From: an uncultured SAR116 cluster alpha proteobacterium
Lineage (GTDB): Bacteria > Pseudomonadota > Alphaproteobacteria > Puniceispirillales > Marisalimonadaceae
Direction: 5' to 3'
Length of the DNA: 64,000 nt
Assembly (NCBI GenBank): GCA_902625215.1
Contig: CACOAO010000009.1
Span: 4,051-68,050, forward strand
The notes beneath the pieces were generated by a model that was not told where the DNA came from, did not search any database, and worked only from the letters and a program-made list of their open reading frames with translations. Within the stretch, counting starts at the first letter, position 1, and each line of letters begins with the position of its first letter. Positions 1 to 11,741 of this stretch are shown here, piece after piece. A program made the position numbers and the translations under genes.

Positions 1-870
1 TTTGTTCCTGAAATTGATGAATCTTACTTGTTTGATGAAACTACAACAAAAGCTATACTTGCAGGTTTTTGCTATAACAGAAGAGTTATGATCCAGGGTT
101 ACCACGGAACTGGCAAATCGACACACATAGAGCAAGTTGCAGCAAGATTAAATTGGCCTTGTGTAAGAGTAAATTTAGATAGTCACATAAGCCGTCTAGA
201 CCTTGTAGGAAAAGATGCAATTGTTTTGGAAAATGGAAAACAAGTAACAGAATTTAGAGAAGGTGTGCTTCCTTGGGCCCTACAGAACCCTGTTGCGATT
301 GTGTTTGATGAGTATGACGCTGGAAGAGCAGACGTAATGTTTGTTATTCAAAGAGTTTTGGAGGTCTCAGGTAAGCTAACTTTACTTGATAATAACCGCG
401 TTATAAATCCTCATCAGAATTTCAGATTGTTTGCAACAGCTAACACAGTTGGGTTGGGAGACACCACTGGGCTATACCACGGAACACAACAAATCAACCA
501 GGGTCAGATGGATAGATGGTCTATAGTATCAACGTTAAATTATTTACCAATAGAAGCAGAAGAAGAAATTGTTTTATCAAAAGTTCCTAATTTTAATACT
601 AAAGATGGAAAAGAAACTATTAAATCCATGGTTTCTGTAGCTAATTTAACGAGGAGTGGATTTATGTCTGGTGATCTTTCTACAGTTATGTCTCCCAGAA
701 CAGTCATTACATGGGCAGAAAACACTAATATAATTGAAGATATTGATTTGGCTTTCAAAATGACTTTTTTTAATAAATGTGATGAAATGGAAAGGCCAAT
801 TTTATCAGAATATTATCAAAGATGTTTTGGTAGAGAATTAATTAAAGTTGAAAAAAGTATAGACACTTAA
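1..870 (+). CDS. cobS: CobS-type AAA+ ATPase (cobaltochelatase subunit / MoxR-like), 5' end outside window
   Basis: Frame is open from base 1 ([13 protein letters not shown]...). Walker A GYHGTGKS, Walker B VFDEYDAG, and the alphaproteobacterial CobS motif [27 protein letters not shown]. Adjacent to cobT. Confidence 0.95.
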   Translation, partial: FVPEIDESYLFDETTTKAILAGFCYNRRVMIQGYHGTGKSTHIEQVAARLNWPCVRVNLDSHISRLDLVGKDAIVLENGKQVTEFREGVLPWALQNPVAIVFDEYDAGRADVMFVIQRVLEVSGKLTLLDNNRVINPHQNFRLFATANTVGLGDTTGLYHGTQQINQGQMDRWSIVSTLNYLPIEAEEEIVLSKVPNFNTKDGKETIKSMVSVANLTRSGFMSGDLSTVMSPRTVITWAENTNIIEDIDLAFKMTFFNKCDEMERPILSEYYQRCFGRELIKVEKSIDT

Positions 871-878
871 AATTAAAA

Positions 879-2702
879 ATGAGCAAAAATTCAGAAAATA
901 CCCAATTCCAGAATGCTACTGCCTCAACTTTAAAAGCAATTTCAGGAAATACTATTGAAGAAAGAGAAATAAAATTTTCTGGGACTGCGAGCTATTTGTC
1001 ATCTAAAGAAATTAGATTACCAACTATATCAAACGAATTGAATATAACTGAGTTATATAAGTTAAGAGGCGAGGCCGATAAAATTGCTCTTAAGATTAAA
1101 TACCACGATCCTGTTTTACATAGCAAATACATACCATCTTCAGATTTATCATCTCAAATTTTTCAATTAGCAGAAGAATCTCGCATAGAGGCTGTTGGTT
1201 CCAAGAATCTTTTGGGCATAAAAAAAAATTTACAAAATTTAGTTATAGAGAAATTTAAAGAGACGATATTACCCGTTCCAGGTGGAGAAGACAAAGAAGC
1301 ATTAGTAAATGCTTTACACTTAGTAATAAGAGAAAAGATTACTGGCTCTAAATCTCCTCCAAATACATCTCTTTCTCTAGCTAAATGGCGACCTTGGATT
1401 AATAGTAAGATAGGTAATCTTCTAAACCAACTTGCTGAAAACACTTATAATCAAGAAGTTTTTGCTAAATACACAAAAGAATTACTATCTGCTTTACATG
1501 CAGATATTGGTGAAAGAGATCCTAATAATGATGGTGAAAACGAAGATTCTGAAGACAACAATCCTGATGAGAATGAAGAAAACGACTCATCTGCCGAAAG
1601 TCAAAGTGATAATGATGAAGATGCTGGATTAGATGGTGGCATCGATTCCCAAGAAAATGAGCAAGAAATACAAGGTGAAACTCAAGACGCAGATGATGAT
1701 AACGAAGATGGAGAAAGTGAGGGTGAAATTGCTCCTAATCCTCTATCTGGACATAATTTGGGTAAAAATAATGTCAATAATAATTATCAGGTCTTTTCTA
1801 CTAAGTATGACGAAATCGTCAATGCCACTGACTTATGCGAAGAAGATGAGCTGAGCAGACTGAGAGTAACGCTTGATAAACAACTTGAAAATCTTCAAGG
1901 AGCGATAGCTAGGTTAGCCAACAGACTTCAAAGAAAATTACAAGCGAAACAGAACAGATCTTGGAACTTTGATCTTGAAGAAGGAATGTTAGATGCATCA
2001 AAATTAGCTAGAGTAATTACTCAACCATTATTTCCACTTTCTTATAAGCAAGAAAAAGATATGAAATTTAGAGACACCATTGTGACTTTGCTTATAGATA
2101 ATTCTGGATCAATGAGAGGAAGACCTATTACTATTGCTGCAATTTGTGCTGACATTATGGCTAGAACTCTTGAAAGATGTGGGGTAAAAGTTGAAATCTT
2201 GGGTTTTACGACAAAAGCTTGGAAAGGTGGTCAATCAAGGGAACAATGGATAAATGAGGGTAAACCAGCTTACCCCGGTAGATTAAATGACTTAAGACAT
2301 ATCATTTATAAACCAGCAGATGCACCATGGAGAAGAGCTAAAAATTCACTTGGATTAATGCTCAGAGAAGGAATTTTAAAAGAAAATATAGATGGTGAGG
2401 CATTAATCTGGGCTCATGAACGACTGTTAGGTAGAGTGGAAGATAGAAAAATCCTTATGGTCATAAGCGATGGCGCACCTGTTGACGATACTACACTTTC
2501 TTCTAATAGTGGTAACTATTTAGAGCTCCATCTTAAGCAGGTAATCTCATTTATTGAAAATAAATCACCAGTGGAGTTGGTCGCAATCGGTATTGGCCAT
2601 GATGTTACCCGTTATTATGATAAAGCAGTAACCCTCACTGATGCTGAACAATTGGGTGGGGCTTTAACTGAACAGTTAGCTGACTTATTCAATGAAGAAT
2701 AA
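879..2702 (+). CDS. cobT: CobT (acidic linker plus C-terminal VWA domain)
   Basis: Long D/E-rich linker, MIDAS motif [16 protein letters not shown] and ISDGAPVDD; directly follows cobS. Confidence 0.95.
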   Translation: MSKNSENTQFQNATASTLKAISGNTIEEREIKFSGTASYLSSKEIRLPTISNELNITELYKLRGEADKIALKIKYHDPVLHSKYIPSSDLSSQIFQLAEESRIEAVGSKNLLGIKKNLQNLVIEKFKETILPVPGGEDKEALVNALHLVIREKITGSKSPPNTSLSLAKWRPWINSKIGNLLNQLAENTYNQEVFAKYTKELLSALHADIGERDPNNDGENEDSEDNNPDENEENDSSAESQSDNDEDAGLDGGIDSQENEQEIQGETQDADDDNEDGESEGEIAPNPLSGHNLGKNNVNNNYQVFSTKYDEIVNATDLCEEDELSRLRVTLDKQLENLQGAIARLANRLQRKLQAKQNRSWNFDLEEGMLDASKLARVITQPLFPLSYKQEKDMKFRDTIVTLLIDNSGSMRGRPITIAAICADIMARTLERCGVKVEILGFTTKAWKGGQSREQWINEGKPAYPGRLNDLRHIIYKPADAPWRRAKNSLGLMLREGILKENIDGEALIWAHERLLGRVEDRKILMVISDGAPVDDTTLSSNSGNYLELHLKQVISFIENKSPVELVAIGIGHDVTRYYDKAVTLTDAEQLGGALTEQLADLFNEE

Positions 2703-2718
2703 TTTAAGAGGAAATCAC

Positions 2719-3003
2719 TTATTTTTTTAAATTTTTTTGGATAGTTTTTTTAATAACAACAGCTTGAGGGGCCAAAACTCTATTACTTGTCTTAGATAAA
2801 TAATCATCTAAACCACCATTTTTTTCAACAGATCTTAAAGCTCTTACAGATACCTTCATAGTAATAAATTTGTCCAATGATTTGCTGAAAAATTTAACAT
2901 TTTGTAAATTAGGTAAAAATTTTCTTTTGGTTTTGTTTTTTGCATGACTGACGTTGTTGCCACTCATAACTTTTTTACCTGAAATTTCGCATGTTCTTGA
3001 CAT
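2719..3003 (-). CDS. rpmB: 50S ribosomal protein L28
   Basis: MSRTCEISGK...GNNVSHAKNKTKRKFLPNLQ. Start moved to ATG at 3003 because of SD GAGG at 3013-3010. Confidence 0.97.
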   Translation of the reverse strand: MSRTCEISGKKVMSGNNVSHAKNKTKRKFLPNLQNVKFFSKSLDKFITMKVSVRALRSVEKNGGLDDYLSKTSNRVLAPQAVVIKKTIQKNLKK

Positions 3004-3029
3004 TTTATACCTCAAAAATTAACTTTGCG

Positions 3030-3058
3030 TTTATATGATAGAGGGCATAAAAGGTCAA
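3030..3058 (-). promoter_or_regulatory. Putative sigma70 promoter of rpmB
   Basis: Minus strand reads TTGACC-N17-TATAAA. Confidence 0.6.
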
Positions 3059-3076
3059 GTTAAATGATAGCGAAAA

Positions 3077-4201
3077 CTAATTTTTATCTTTTTTAAACCC
3101 ATTAATTGCAATATTCATGGCCTCTTTAGGATTATTAATAGTTCCTACAATATCAAAAATGTTGTCTATATTGTCTCTTTTCATTAATTTCAATAACCCA
3201 CTTATTATTTTATTTGCGACTAAGGGTCCTTCAAATGTTAAAGAAGAGTATAGTTGGACTAAATGTGCTCCACACAAAATCTTTACATATGCAGTCTTAC
3301 TGTCTGACACACCACCAGCTGCAATTAAAAATAATTTATAATTATTATTTTTAATTAATTTATTTGCTTGTGATAAAATATCTGTTGATTTTTTAAATAA
3401 TGGCTTTCCAGACAAACCTCCTAATTCATTAGTTTTTTTTGATTTTAGATTTCTGTCTCTATCCAAAGTGGTGTTAGAAATGATCAACCCAAAAATTTTT
3501 TGGGTATGAGCTGTTTCAATAATGGAATTCAATGTTTGTTTATTTATGTCTGGAGCAATTTTCAAGAAAATTGGCAATTTTTTATTTAAAGTTTTGGACG
3601 TGGCAATACCTTCCTTAACAAAATTTATAACTTTTTCTAAATTCTCTTTTTTTTGAAACTCTCTTAAGTTTGGTGTATTGGGTGAAGAAACATTTATAGA
3701 AATATAGTCAGCAAACTCTGACAAATTTTCGGCAAGCACTTTGTAATCTTTAAACCTATCTTGGCTATTTTTGTTGGGGCCAATATTAACTCCAACAAGA
3801 AAATCACTACCAACCGGGAACCTTTTTCTATAATTCTCTAATTTTTTTTTTGCTTTTAACATTCCTAAATTGTTAAAACCATTTCTATTTATTATAGCCT
3901 TATCTTGTTCTAACCTAAAAATTCTCGGTTTTGGATTACCATATTGAGGCACTGGTGTTATAGTACCAACTTCAGTGAAACCAAAATTCAAAAAATGAAT
4001 TTTGTTTATTACTTCTGCATTTTTATCGAAACCAGCAGCAACGCCAAGTAAATTTTTGAAAATTAAATTACCAATGTTTATTGGAATTACACTTTGATTT
4101 AATCTTGGATGCAAACCAAGTTTCAAAGATTTTATAGTTAATTTATGAGCAATTTCGGGATCAAGTTTTCTTACAAAAAAAGTAATAAATTTCCAAATCA
4201 T
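3077..4201 (-). CDS. pyrD: Dihydroorotate dehydrogenase (quinone, class 2)
   Basis: AAGFDKNAE, GNPKPRIFRL, INRNGFNN, NVSSPNTPNLR and GGLSG motifs. Confidence 0.96.
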   Translation of the reverse strand: MIWKFITFFVRKLDPEIAHKLTIKSLKLGLHPRLNQSVIPINIGNLIFKNLLGVAAGFDKNAEVINKIHFLNFGFTEVGTITPVPQYGNPKPRIFRLEQDKAIINRNGFNNLGMLKAKKKLENYRKRFPVGSDFLVGVNIGPNKNSQDRFKDYKVLAENLSEFADYISINVSSPNTPNLREFQKKENLEKVINFVKEGIATSKTLNKKLPIFLKIAPDINKQTLNSIIETAHTQKIFGLIISNTTLDRDRNLKSKKTNELGGLSGKPLFKKSTDILSQANKLIKNNNYKLFLIAAGGVSDSKTAYVKILCGAHLVQLYSSLTFEGPLVANKIISGLLKLMKRDNIDNIFDIVGTINNPKEAMNIAINGFKKDKN

Positions 4202-5808
4202 TTTATCTGTTCTTTAACTAATTTGCCTAGTATAACATTTTCCAATAATTTAATAGTTGATTCAATTCCATAGAGTTTTATAAAACTTCCCATTCTAGGT
4301 CCCTCAGATTGTCCTAGAACAGTTTCATACAAACCTTTAAACCATTCACGTAAATTTTCATATTCTAGATTTTTTCCAATTGCAAATACCATTGATTGAA
4401 TGTCATCAGAAGAGGTTTCATTATCTAATGATGATAACGTTTTTATTAATTCAGCAATTCCTTTTCTTTCTTTTGCATTTGGAAGCCTATACTTCTTTTG
4501 AGGCTCTATTTTCTCTTTATAATAATTAACCGCCAAATTAATTAATTCGTCTAATTCTTTAGTTCTTTTTGAATTAGGTGAGTAAGTTTTGACATATTCC
4601 CAAACTATATTTGAATCACTTGCATAGCATACAGACACTAAATTTAACAATAAAGCATATGTAACTGGCAGTTCATTAGGCTTTGGTAAGCCTTTATGTA
4701 AATGCCATACTGGATTATCAATTTTTTGAGGAATATCCTGCTCAGTATATTTTTTCAAATGTGAAAAATACTCATCAGTAGTTTTTGGTATGACATCAAA
4801 AAAAAGTCTCTTAGCTCTCTTAGGATTTGCATACATAAACAGGCTTAAAGATTCAGATGAGCCATACCTCAACCACTCGTCAATTGACAAACCATTACCT
4901 TTGGATTTTGATATCTTTTCACCATTATTATCAAGAAAAAGTTCGTATGAAAAACCTGATGGAGGTATTCCTCCAAGAACTCTCAATATTTTACTAGATA
5001 AAATGACGCTTTCAGATAAGTCTTTGCCTGACATCTCATAATCCACACTTAAGGCAAACCAACGCATTGCCCAGTCACACTTCCACTGTAACTTGCATGA
5101 TCCACCAAGAATAGAAACAGTAACTAATTCTTTTGTATCTTCATCAATATAACTTACAGTATTATTTTCAGTATCGATTGAATTAATGCTAACTTGCAAA
5201 ACTTTACCAGATTTTGGGCAAACTGGGAGAAACGGGCTGTAAGTTTTTTTTCGATCTTCACCTAAAGTAGGCAGAATTATATTTTTTATTTTTTCGTAAT
5301 TTAACAAAATCTTTTTGAGCGCATCATCAAATTTTCCACTTTTGTAGCATTCTGTAGCTGAAACAAATTCATACTCAAAATTAAAGTAGTCTAAAAATTC
5401 CTGTAATTTGCGGTTATTATGATCACCAAAACTTTTAAATTTTCCAAAAGGATCAGGAACACTAGTTAAGGGATGTTCAACAAATTTTTCAAGTAAATCT
5501 TTGTTAGGAACATTTTCTGGAATTTTACGCAAGCCATCCATGTCGTCTGAAAAACATATTAACTTTGTCTTTCTCTCAGTTAAAACTTCAAATGCATGAC
5601 GTACAATGTTAGTCCTCGCAACTTCACCAAATGTTCCAATATGAGGAAGTCCTGAAGGTCCATATCCAGTTTCGAACAGAACAGGGGTATTATTATCTTT
5701 AGGAGCAGAACAATCAATTTTATCCAATCTATCCCTTAAATTTCTGGCTTCAACAAAAGGCCATGCATTGGATTTCTCTGCAAATTTTTTTATCTCTGAT
5801 TTTTCCAT
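4198..5808 (-). CDS. lysS: Lysine--tRNA ligase, class I (LysRS1)
   Basis: ETGYGPSGLPHIGT (HIGH-like), KISKSKG (KMSKS-like) and C-terminal GPRMGSF. Confidence 0.95.
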   Translation of the reverse strand: MEKSEIKKFAEKSNAWPFVEARNLRDRLDKIDCSAPKDNNTPVLFETGYGPSGLPHIGTFGEVARTNIVRHAFEVLTERKTKLICFSDDMDGLRKIPENVPNKDLLEKFVEHPLTSVPDPFGKFKSFGDHNNRKLQEFLDYFNFEYEFVSATECYKSGKFDDALKKILLNYEKIKNIILPTLGEDRKKTYSPFLPVCPKSGKVLQVSINSIDTENNTVSYIDEDTKELVTVSILGGSCKLQWKCDWAMRWFALSVDYEMSGKDLSESVILSSKILRVLGGIPPSGFSYELFLDNNGEKISKSKGNGLSIDEWLRYGSSESLSLFMYANPKRAKRLFFDVIPKTTDEYFSHLKKYTEQDIPQKIDNPVWHLHKGLPKPNELPVTYALLLNLVSVCYASDSNIVWEYVKTYSPNSKRTKELDELINLAVNYYKEKIEPQKKYRLPNAKERKGIAELIKTLSSLDNETSSDDIQSMVFAIGKNLEYENLREWFKGLYETVLGQSEGPRMGSFIKLYGIESTIKLLENVILGKLVKEQIK

Positions 5809-5882
5809 AACTTAATTTCAAATAATACTTTTTATTGCTATATGAGTTAATCAGAGTAAGCAACAAATAATAAATAATTAAC

Positions 5883-5919
5883 AAAAAAAAACACCTCTAA
5901 CTTAAAAGCTAGAGGTGTT
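5883..5919 (-). terminator. Intrinsic terminator of groESL
   Basis: Minus strand AACACCTCTAG-cttttaag-TTAGAGGTGTT followed by a long T run, about 22 nt after the groL stop. Confidence 0.85.
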
Positions 5920-5941
5920 AAAATAATAAAGCAGAGCAGAA

Positions 5942-7630
<1,689 letters not shown>

Positions 7631-7668
7631 TCAAATTATAAAGTAATTATTATTTATTAAGAGAATAG

Positions 7669-7956
7669 TTAACCCATTATTCCCATGATATCGCTCTCTT
7701 TCATGATCAAAAGATCTTTACCATCAAGCTTAACTTCAGTACCGGACCATTTTCCAAAAAGTACAACATCACCCTCTTTGACATCCAAAGGTTGAATCTT
7801 TCCAGTCTCGTCACGTGCTCCCGAACCTGCTGCAATTATTTTACCTTGCATAGGCTTTTCCTGCGCTGAATCTGGAATAATAATTCCACTGGCTGTTTTT
7901 TCCTCTGCTTCGAGGCGCTCAACAACAACTCTGTCGTGAAGTGGCCTAAACTTCAT
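7669..7956 (-). CDS. groS: Co-chaperonin GroES
   Basis: [12 protein letters not shown]...[12 protein letters not shown]; upstream of groL. Confidence 0.99.
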   Translation of the reverse strand: MKFRPLHDRVVVERLEAEEKTASGIIIPDSAQEKPMQGKIIAAGSGARDETGKIQPLDVKEGDVVLFGKWSGTEVKLDGKDLLIMKESDIMGIMG

Positions 7957-8017
7957 GCCTTTTCTCCCTTACTAAAAATGTTAAAGTTAAACAATAAATA
8001 CATTATTGATTAGGCTT

Positions 8018-8046
8018 AGATAGTGCACTTGAATGCAACTTTCAAG
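8018..8046 (-). promoter_or_regulatory. Putative RpoH (sigma32) promoter of groESL
   Basis: Minus strand CTTGAA-N16-ACTATCT, close to the alphaproteobacterial RpoH consensus CTTGAA-N15/16-CCTATAT. Confidence 0.7.
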
Positions 8047-8122
8047 ATAAAATAAAAAAAATATTTAAAATGTTGCTTTTTAAAAAAAATGTCACATATA
8101 TGTATGTGAAACATTAAATAAA

Positions 8123-9133
8123 ATGAAATCAATTCTCAATCAAAAATATATATATTTATGGCTTAATACAACCATTTTCATGGTCGTAATCATGATATTA
8201 ATCGGTGGCATTACTCGACTGACGGATTCCGGTTTGTCTATGGTTGAATGGAGACCAATTTGGGGGTTTTTACCTCCAATTTCTGATGAGGAATGGAAAA
8301 GAGTATTCTTACTTTATATGGAAACTCCAGAATATATTTTCAAGAATCAAGGAATGAGCATTGTACAATTTAAAGAGATATTTTTTTGGGAATATTTTCA
8401 CAGGTTATGGGGTAGATTAATTGGAATCGTTTTTATTATTCCATTAATTATTTTTTACTTATCTAATAAAATCCCAAATTCAATTTTGATAAAATTATTA
8501 ACTATTTTGTTTTTGGGAAGTTTACAAGCAATTATAGGTTGGTGGATGGTAAAATCTGGTCTTGTAAATGATCCTACAGTGTCACAATATCGTTTAGCAG
8601 TTCACTTATCAAATGCTTTGCTAATACTATTTCTATTATTGTGGACACTATTAGAATTTAGAAATGGTCCTTCAAAAATTAAATTTGACTTCAGTTTACT
8701 AATCTTTTGTTTTTTGTTTACAACCATCATCGCAGGTGCATTTGTTGCCGGAATGGATGCGGGTTTAATGTACAACGAATATCCTTTAATGGGATACAGA
8801 TTAATTCCAGAAAATTATGGTGAACACGGATTTTTAGATCCATTTGAAAATCCTGCCTCAGCTCAATTTCATCACAGGCACATAGCTTTATTTACTACAG
8901 TTTGTACACTGATTTATTGTTATAGAAACTATACGCAGAGTAGTGATAAGATTGTAAAGAGATGCTCACTTTTTATGAGCGCAATAATATGTTTTCAATT
9001 TTTTTTAGGTATATTTACCTTAATAAATATGGTTCCGATACATTTAGGTGCTCTTCATCAAACTGGCGCTGTAGTTTTATTCATATCTCTTACGATTATA
9101 ATGCATCGATTGAATACAATAAGAATTAATTAA
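8123..9133 (+). CDS. ctaA: Heme A synthase (COX15/CtaA type 2)
   Basis: [38 protein letters not shown] and LHQ motifs; multi-TM. Confidence 0.93.
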   Translation: MKSILNQKYIYLWLNTTIFMVVIMILIGGITRLTDSGLSMVEWRPIWGFLPPISDEEWKRVFLLYMETPEYIFKNQGMSIVQFKEIFFWEYFHRLWGRLIGIVFIIPLIIFYLSNKIPNSILIKLLTILFLGSLQAIIGWWMVKSGLVNDPTVSQYRLAVHLSNALLILFLLLWTLLEFRNGPSKIKFDFSLLIFCFLFTTIIAGAFVAGMDAGLMYNEYPLMGYRLIPENYGEHGFLDPFENPASAQFHHRHIALFTTVCTLIYCYRNYTQSSDKIVKRCSLFMSAIICFQFFLGIFTLINMVPIHLGALHQTGAVVLFISLTIIMHRLNTIRIN

Positions 9134-10895
9134 ATTTAGTTTTTTTGTCTAACTTAATACCTAATTCTTTTAATTGAATTTCATTTATCTCGTTTGGAGC
9201 ATTCATCATTAAATCCTCTGCTTTACCAGTCATTGGAAATAAAATAACTTCTCTTATATTCGGTTCATCAGCTAATAACATTACAATACGATCAATTCCC
9301 GGAGCTATACCTCCATGAGGCGGTGCACCAAATTTGAATGCATTTATCATAGCTGGAAATTTATTATCAACAACTTCGGTTTTATGACCTGCAATTTCAA
9401 AAGCTTTATACATTATTTCTGGAACATGATTTCTTATTGCGCCTGATGAAAGCTCAATACCATTGCACACTAAGTCGTATTGATATGCAAGAATATCTAA
9501 TGGATTTTCATTCAATAATGCCTCCATGCCACCTTGTGGCATAGAAAAAGGGTTATGAGAAAATTCTATTTTGCCAGTATTTTCATCTTTTTCAAACATA
9601 GGGTAATCTACTATCCAACAAAATTTAAATGTATTCTTTTCAATTAATTCTCTATCTGTTGCAATTTTAACTCTAGCTTTTCCTGCTAAATTTGCCGCAT
9701 CACTCTCTGAAGCACAAGAGAAGAACAAAGCATCACCATCGCTAAGTTTAAATAATGTTTTAATCTCAAGAGCTTTTTCAATTCCCAAAGCATTTGCAAT
9801 TGGTCCTTTTGCTGTGTTTTCACTAAAAATAATGTACCCCATTCCAGGGGCACCTTCTCCTTGTGCCCAGCTATTCATTCTGTCAGCAACTGAACGTGAA
9901 CCACAGTTTGGACCAGGAATAGCTCTCACAACAGATCCATTTTCAATTGATTTTGCAAAAATAGTAAAACCAGAATTTTTAAAAAAATTGGTTACGTCTT
10001 GAATCTCAAGGGCAAATCTCAAATCAGGTTTGTCATTTCCATATTTTAACATTGAATCTTTATAAGAAATTTTTGGGAAGTTTTCATTAATGCTTTTATG
10101 TGAATATTTTTTAAAAACTTCTTTAATTACAGGTTCTACTGCCTGAAAAACATCTTCTTGTTCAACATATGACATTTCTAAATCAAGCTGATAAAATTCA
10201 CCTGGTGATCTGTCAGCTCTACTATCTTCATCTCTAAAACAAGGCGCTATTTGAAAATATTTATCAAAACCAGATAACATTACTAATTGTTTAAACTGCT
10301 GAGGAGCTTGAGGCAAAGCATAAAACTTCCCTTTGTTAAGTCTAGAAGGAACTAAAAAATCTCTAGCACCTTCTGGACTAGAGGCGGTTAGAATTGGTGT
10401 TTGAAATTCTAGAAAACCTAACTCAATCATTTTATTTCTGATTGTTTGAATAACGTTAGATCTTAGGACAATGTTAGCATGAGGCCTGCTTCTTCTTAAG
10501 TCTAAGTATCTAAATTTTAATCTAGTTTCTTCACCATAATCTTCATCTGAATTAACTTGCAAAGGCAATGCGTTTGATTCTGAAATAATTTCTAATTCAG
10601 ACAAATTAATTTCTATTCTACCTGTTGGTAAGTTATCATTAATAGTTTCCTCAGACCTTTCCACAACTGTTCCTGAAACAGTTATTACACTCTCTAAAGG
10701 TAAGCTCTCTAATAGAGAAAATTTCTTGTTGGATGAGTCTACAACCACTTGTGTTAATCCGTAATGATCTCTTAAATCTATAAATATTAATTGTCCGTGA
10801 TCTCTTTTTCTATGAACCCAGCCAGATAATTTTACCTGATCGTTCACATTTTCGATTCTTAATTCATTACATTTATGTGTTCTATATTTATGCAT
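9126..10895 (-). CDS. aspS: Aspartate--tRNA ligase (probably non-discriminating)
   Basis: [32 protein letters not shown] and GAPPHGG motifs. His in RDHG is typical of ND-AspRS. Confidence 0.97.
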   Translation of the reverse strand: MHKYRTHKCNELRIENVNDQVKLSGWVHRKRDHGQLIFIDLRDHYGLTQVVVDSSNKKFSLLESLPLESVITVSGTVVERSEETINDNLPTGRIEINLSELEIISESNALPLQVNSDEDYGEETRLKFRYLDLRRSRPHANIVLRSNVIQTIRNKMIELGFLEFQTPILTASSPEGARDFLVPSRLNKGKFYALPQAPQQFKQLVMLSGFDKYFQIAPCFRDEDSRADRSPGEFYQLDLEMSYVEQEDVFQAVEPVIKEVFKKYSHKSINENFPKISYKDSMLKYGNDKPDLRFALEIQDVTNFFKNSGFTIFAKSIENGSVVRAIPGPNCGSRSVADRMNSWAQGEGAPGMGYIIFSENTAKGPIANALGIEKALEIKTLFKLSDGDALFFSCASESDAANLAGKARVKIATDRELIEKNTFKFCWIVDYPMFEKDENTGKIEFSHNPFSMPQGGMEALLNENPLDILAYQYDLVCNGIELSSGAIRNHVPEIMYKAFEIAGHKTEVVDNKFPAMINAFKFGAPPHGGIAPGIDRIVMLLADEPNIREVILFPMTGKAEDLMMNAPNEINEIQLKELGIKLDKKTKFN

Positions 10896-10905
10896 TTAAA
10901 AATTC

Positions 10906-11097
10906 CTATAAATTAGAATTAAATTTCTCAAGTGATCTTTTTTTGACTTCCCTCATAATCTCTAGAGCTTTTTTGTTATCTATCTGTGGCCAAATAGCAA
11001 TTTCATCGGTCGAACGAAGACATCCTACACATAATTTACTTTTAGGATCAATTGAGCAAACTCCTACACAAGGACTAATTTTATTTATTTGCCCCAT
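10906..11097 (-). CDS. DUF1289 family small Cys-rich (putative Fe-S) protein
   Basis: SPCVGVCSID...CVGCLRSTDEIAIW pattern; SD GAGGA upstream. Confidence 0.85.
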   Translation of the reverse strand: MGQINKISPCVGVCSIDPKSKLCVGCLRSTDEIAIWPQIDNKKALEIMREVKKRSLEKFNSNL

Positions 11098-11110
11098 TTA
11101 GTATCCTCTA

Positions 11111-11668
11111 TTATTTATTATTTTCTTTAATGGCCTGCGCAAGCATTTCTAAAAGATCAGAAATACCAGACTCACCACTGGTTGCACTTATTAAATTTTT
11201 ATCTCTAACCGTTGGTTTGTCGATGATTTCTGCGCCAGCTGCAATTAGAAGCGCGCTATCAGCGTCTGATGCAGCAACTTTTCTACCCTTAGCAGCATCT
11301 ATTGTTGTTAATAACATAGAAGAAACACCTGCCAAAGCAACTGGTTCATTTTCCCTTAAAAAAGCTCTTAAAATCCTTCTTACATGAAGGTCATTACTCA
11401 AGGTTTCAATTTGATTTACTCCACCTGGTACAATTAAAGCGTCAAAGTCTATAGCGAGTGACTCGGAAACTGGTAGATCAACAGGATAAGATAACCCCCA
11501 TTTCTCTGATGCCCAACCATTTGTCGTTCCAATATCCCGAGAAATTATAGTGTAAGAACCTTCAGCGGCTAAAATTGTTTTCTGTATTATTAAAAATTGT
11601 TCTTCATTAAAACCACTTGCAACCATCACAGCAATTTTTTTACCCTTAAAAGCTGATATATCAGACAA
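11111..11668 (-). CDS. DJ-1/PfpI (YhbO-like) family protein lacking the catalytic Cys
   Basis: KKIAVMVASGF, DFDALIVPGG and VRDKNLISA fold motifs. The nucleophile elbow reads VALAGVSS. TTG start with SD AGGAGA. Confidence 0.8.
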   Translation of the reverse strand: MSDISAFKGKKIAVMVASGFNEEQFLIIQKTILAAEGSYTIISRDIGTTNGWASEKWGLSYPVDLPVSESLAIDFDALIVPGGVNQIETLSNDLHVRRILRAFLRENEPVALAGVSSMLLTTIDAAKGRKVAASDADSALLIAAGAEIIDKPTVRDKNLISATSGESGISDLLEMLAQAIKENNK

Positions 11669-11697
11669 AATGTTCTCCTAAATTTTTATTTTTAAGT

Positions 11698-11726
11698 TCT
11701 ATAAAAGATTTATTTTAGCTAATCAA
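11698..11726 (-). promoter_or_regulatory. Putative sigma70 promoter of the PfpI-DUF1289-aspS unit
   Basis: Minus strand TTGATT-N17-TATAGA. Confidence 0.45.
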
Positions 11727-11741
11727 GTAATCTAGTTAAAA

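Noticed and set aside
1500-1800. Low-complexity GAT/GAA-rich stretch
   Set aside because: Encodes the normal acidic linker of CobT; not a repeat element.
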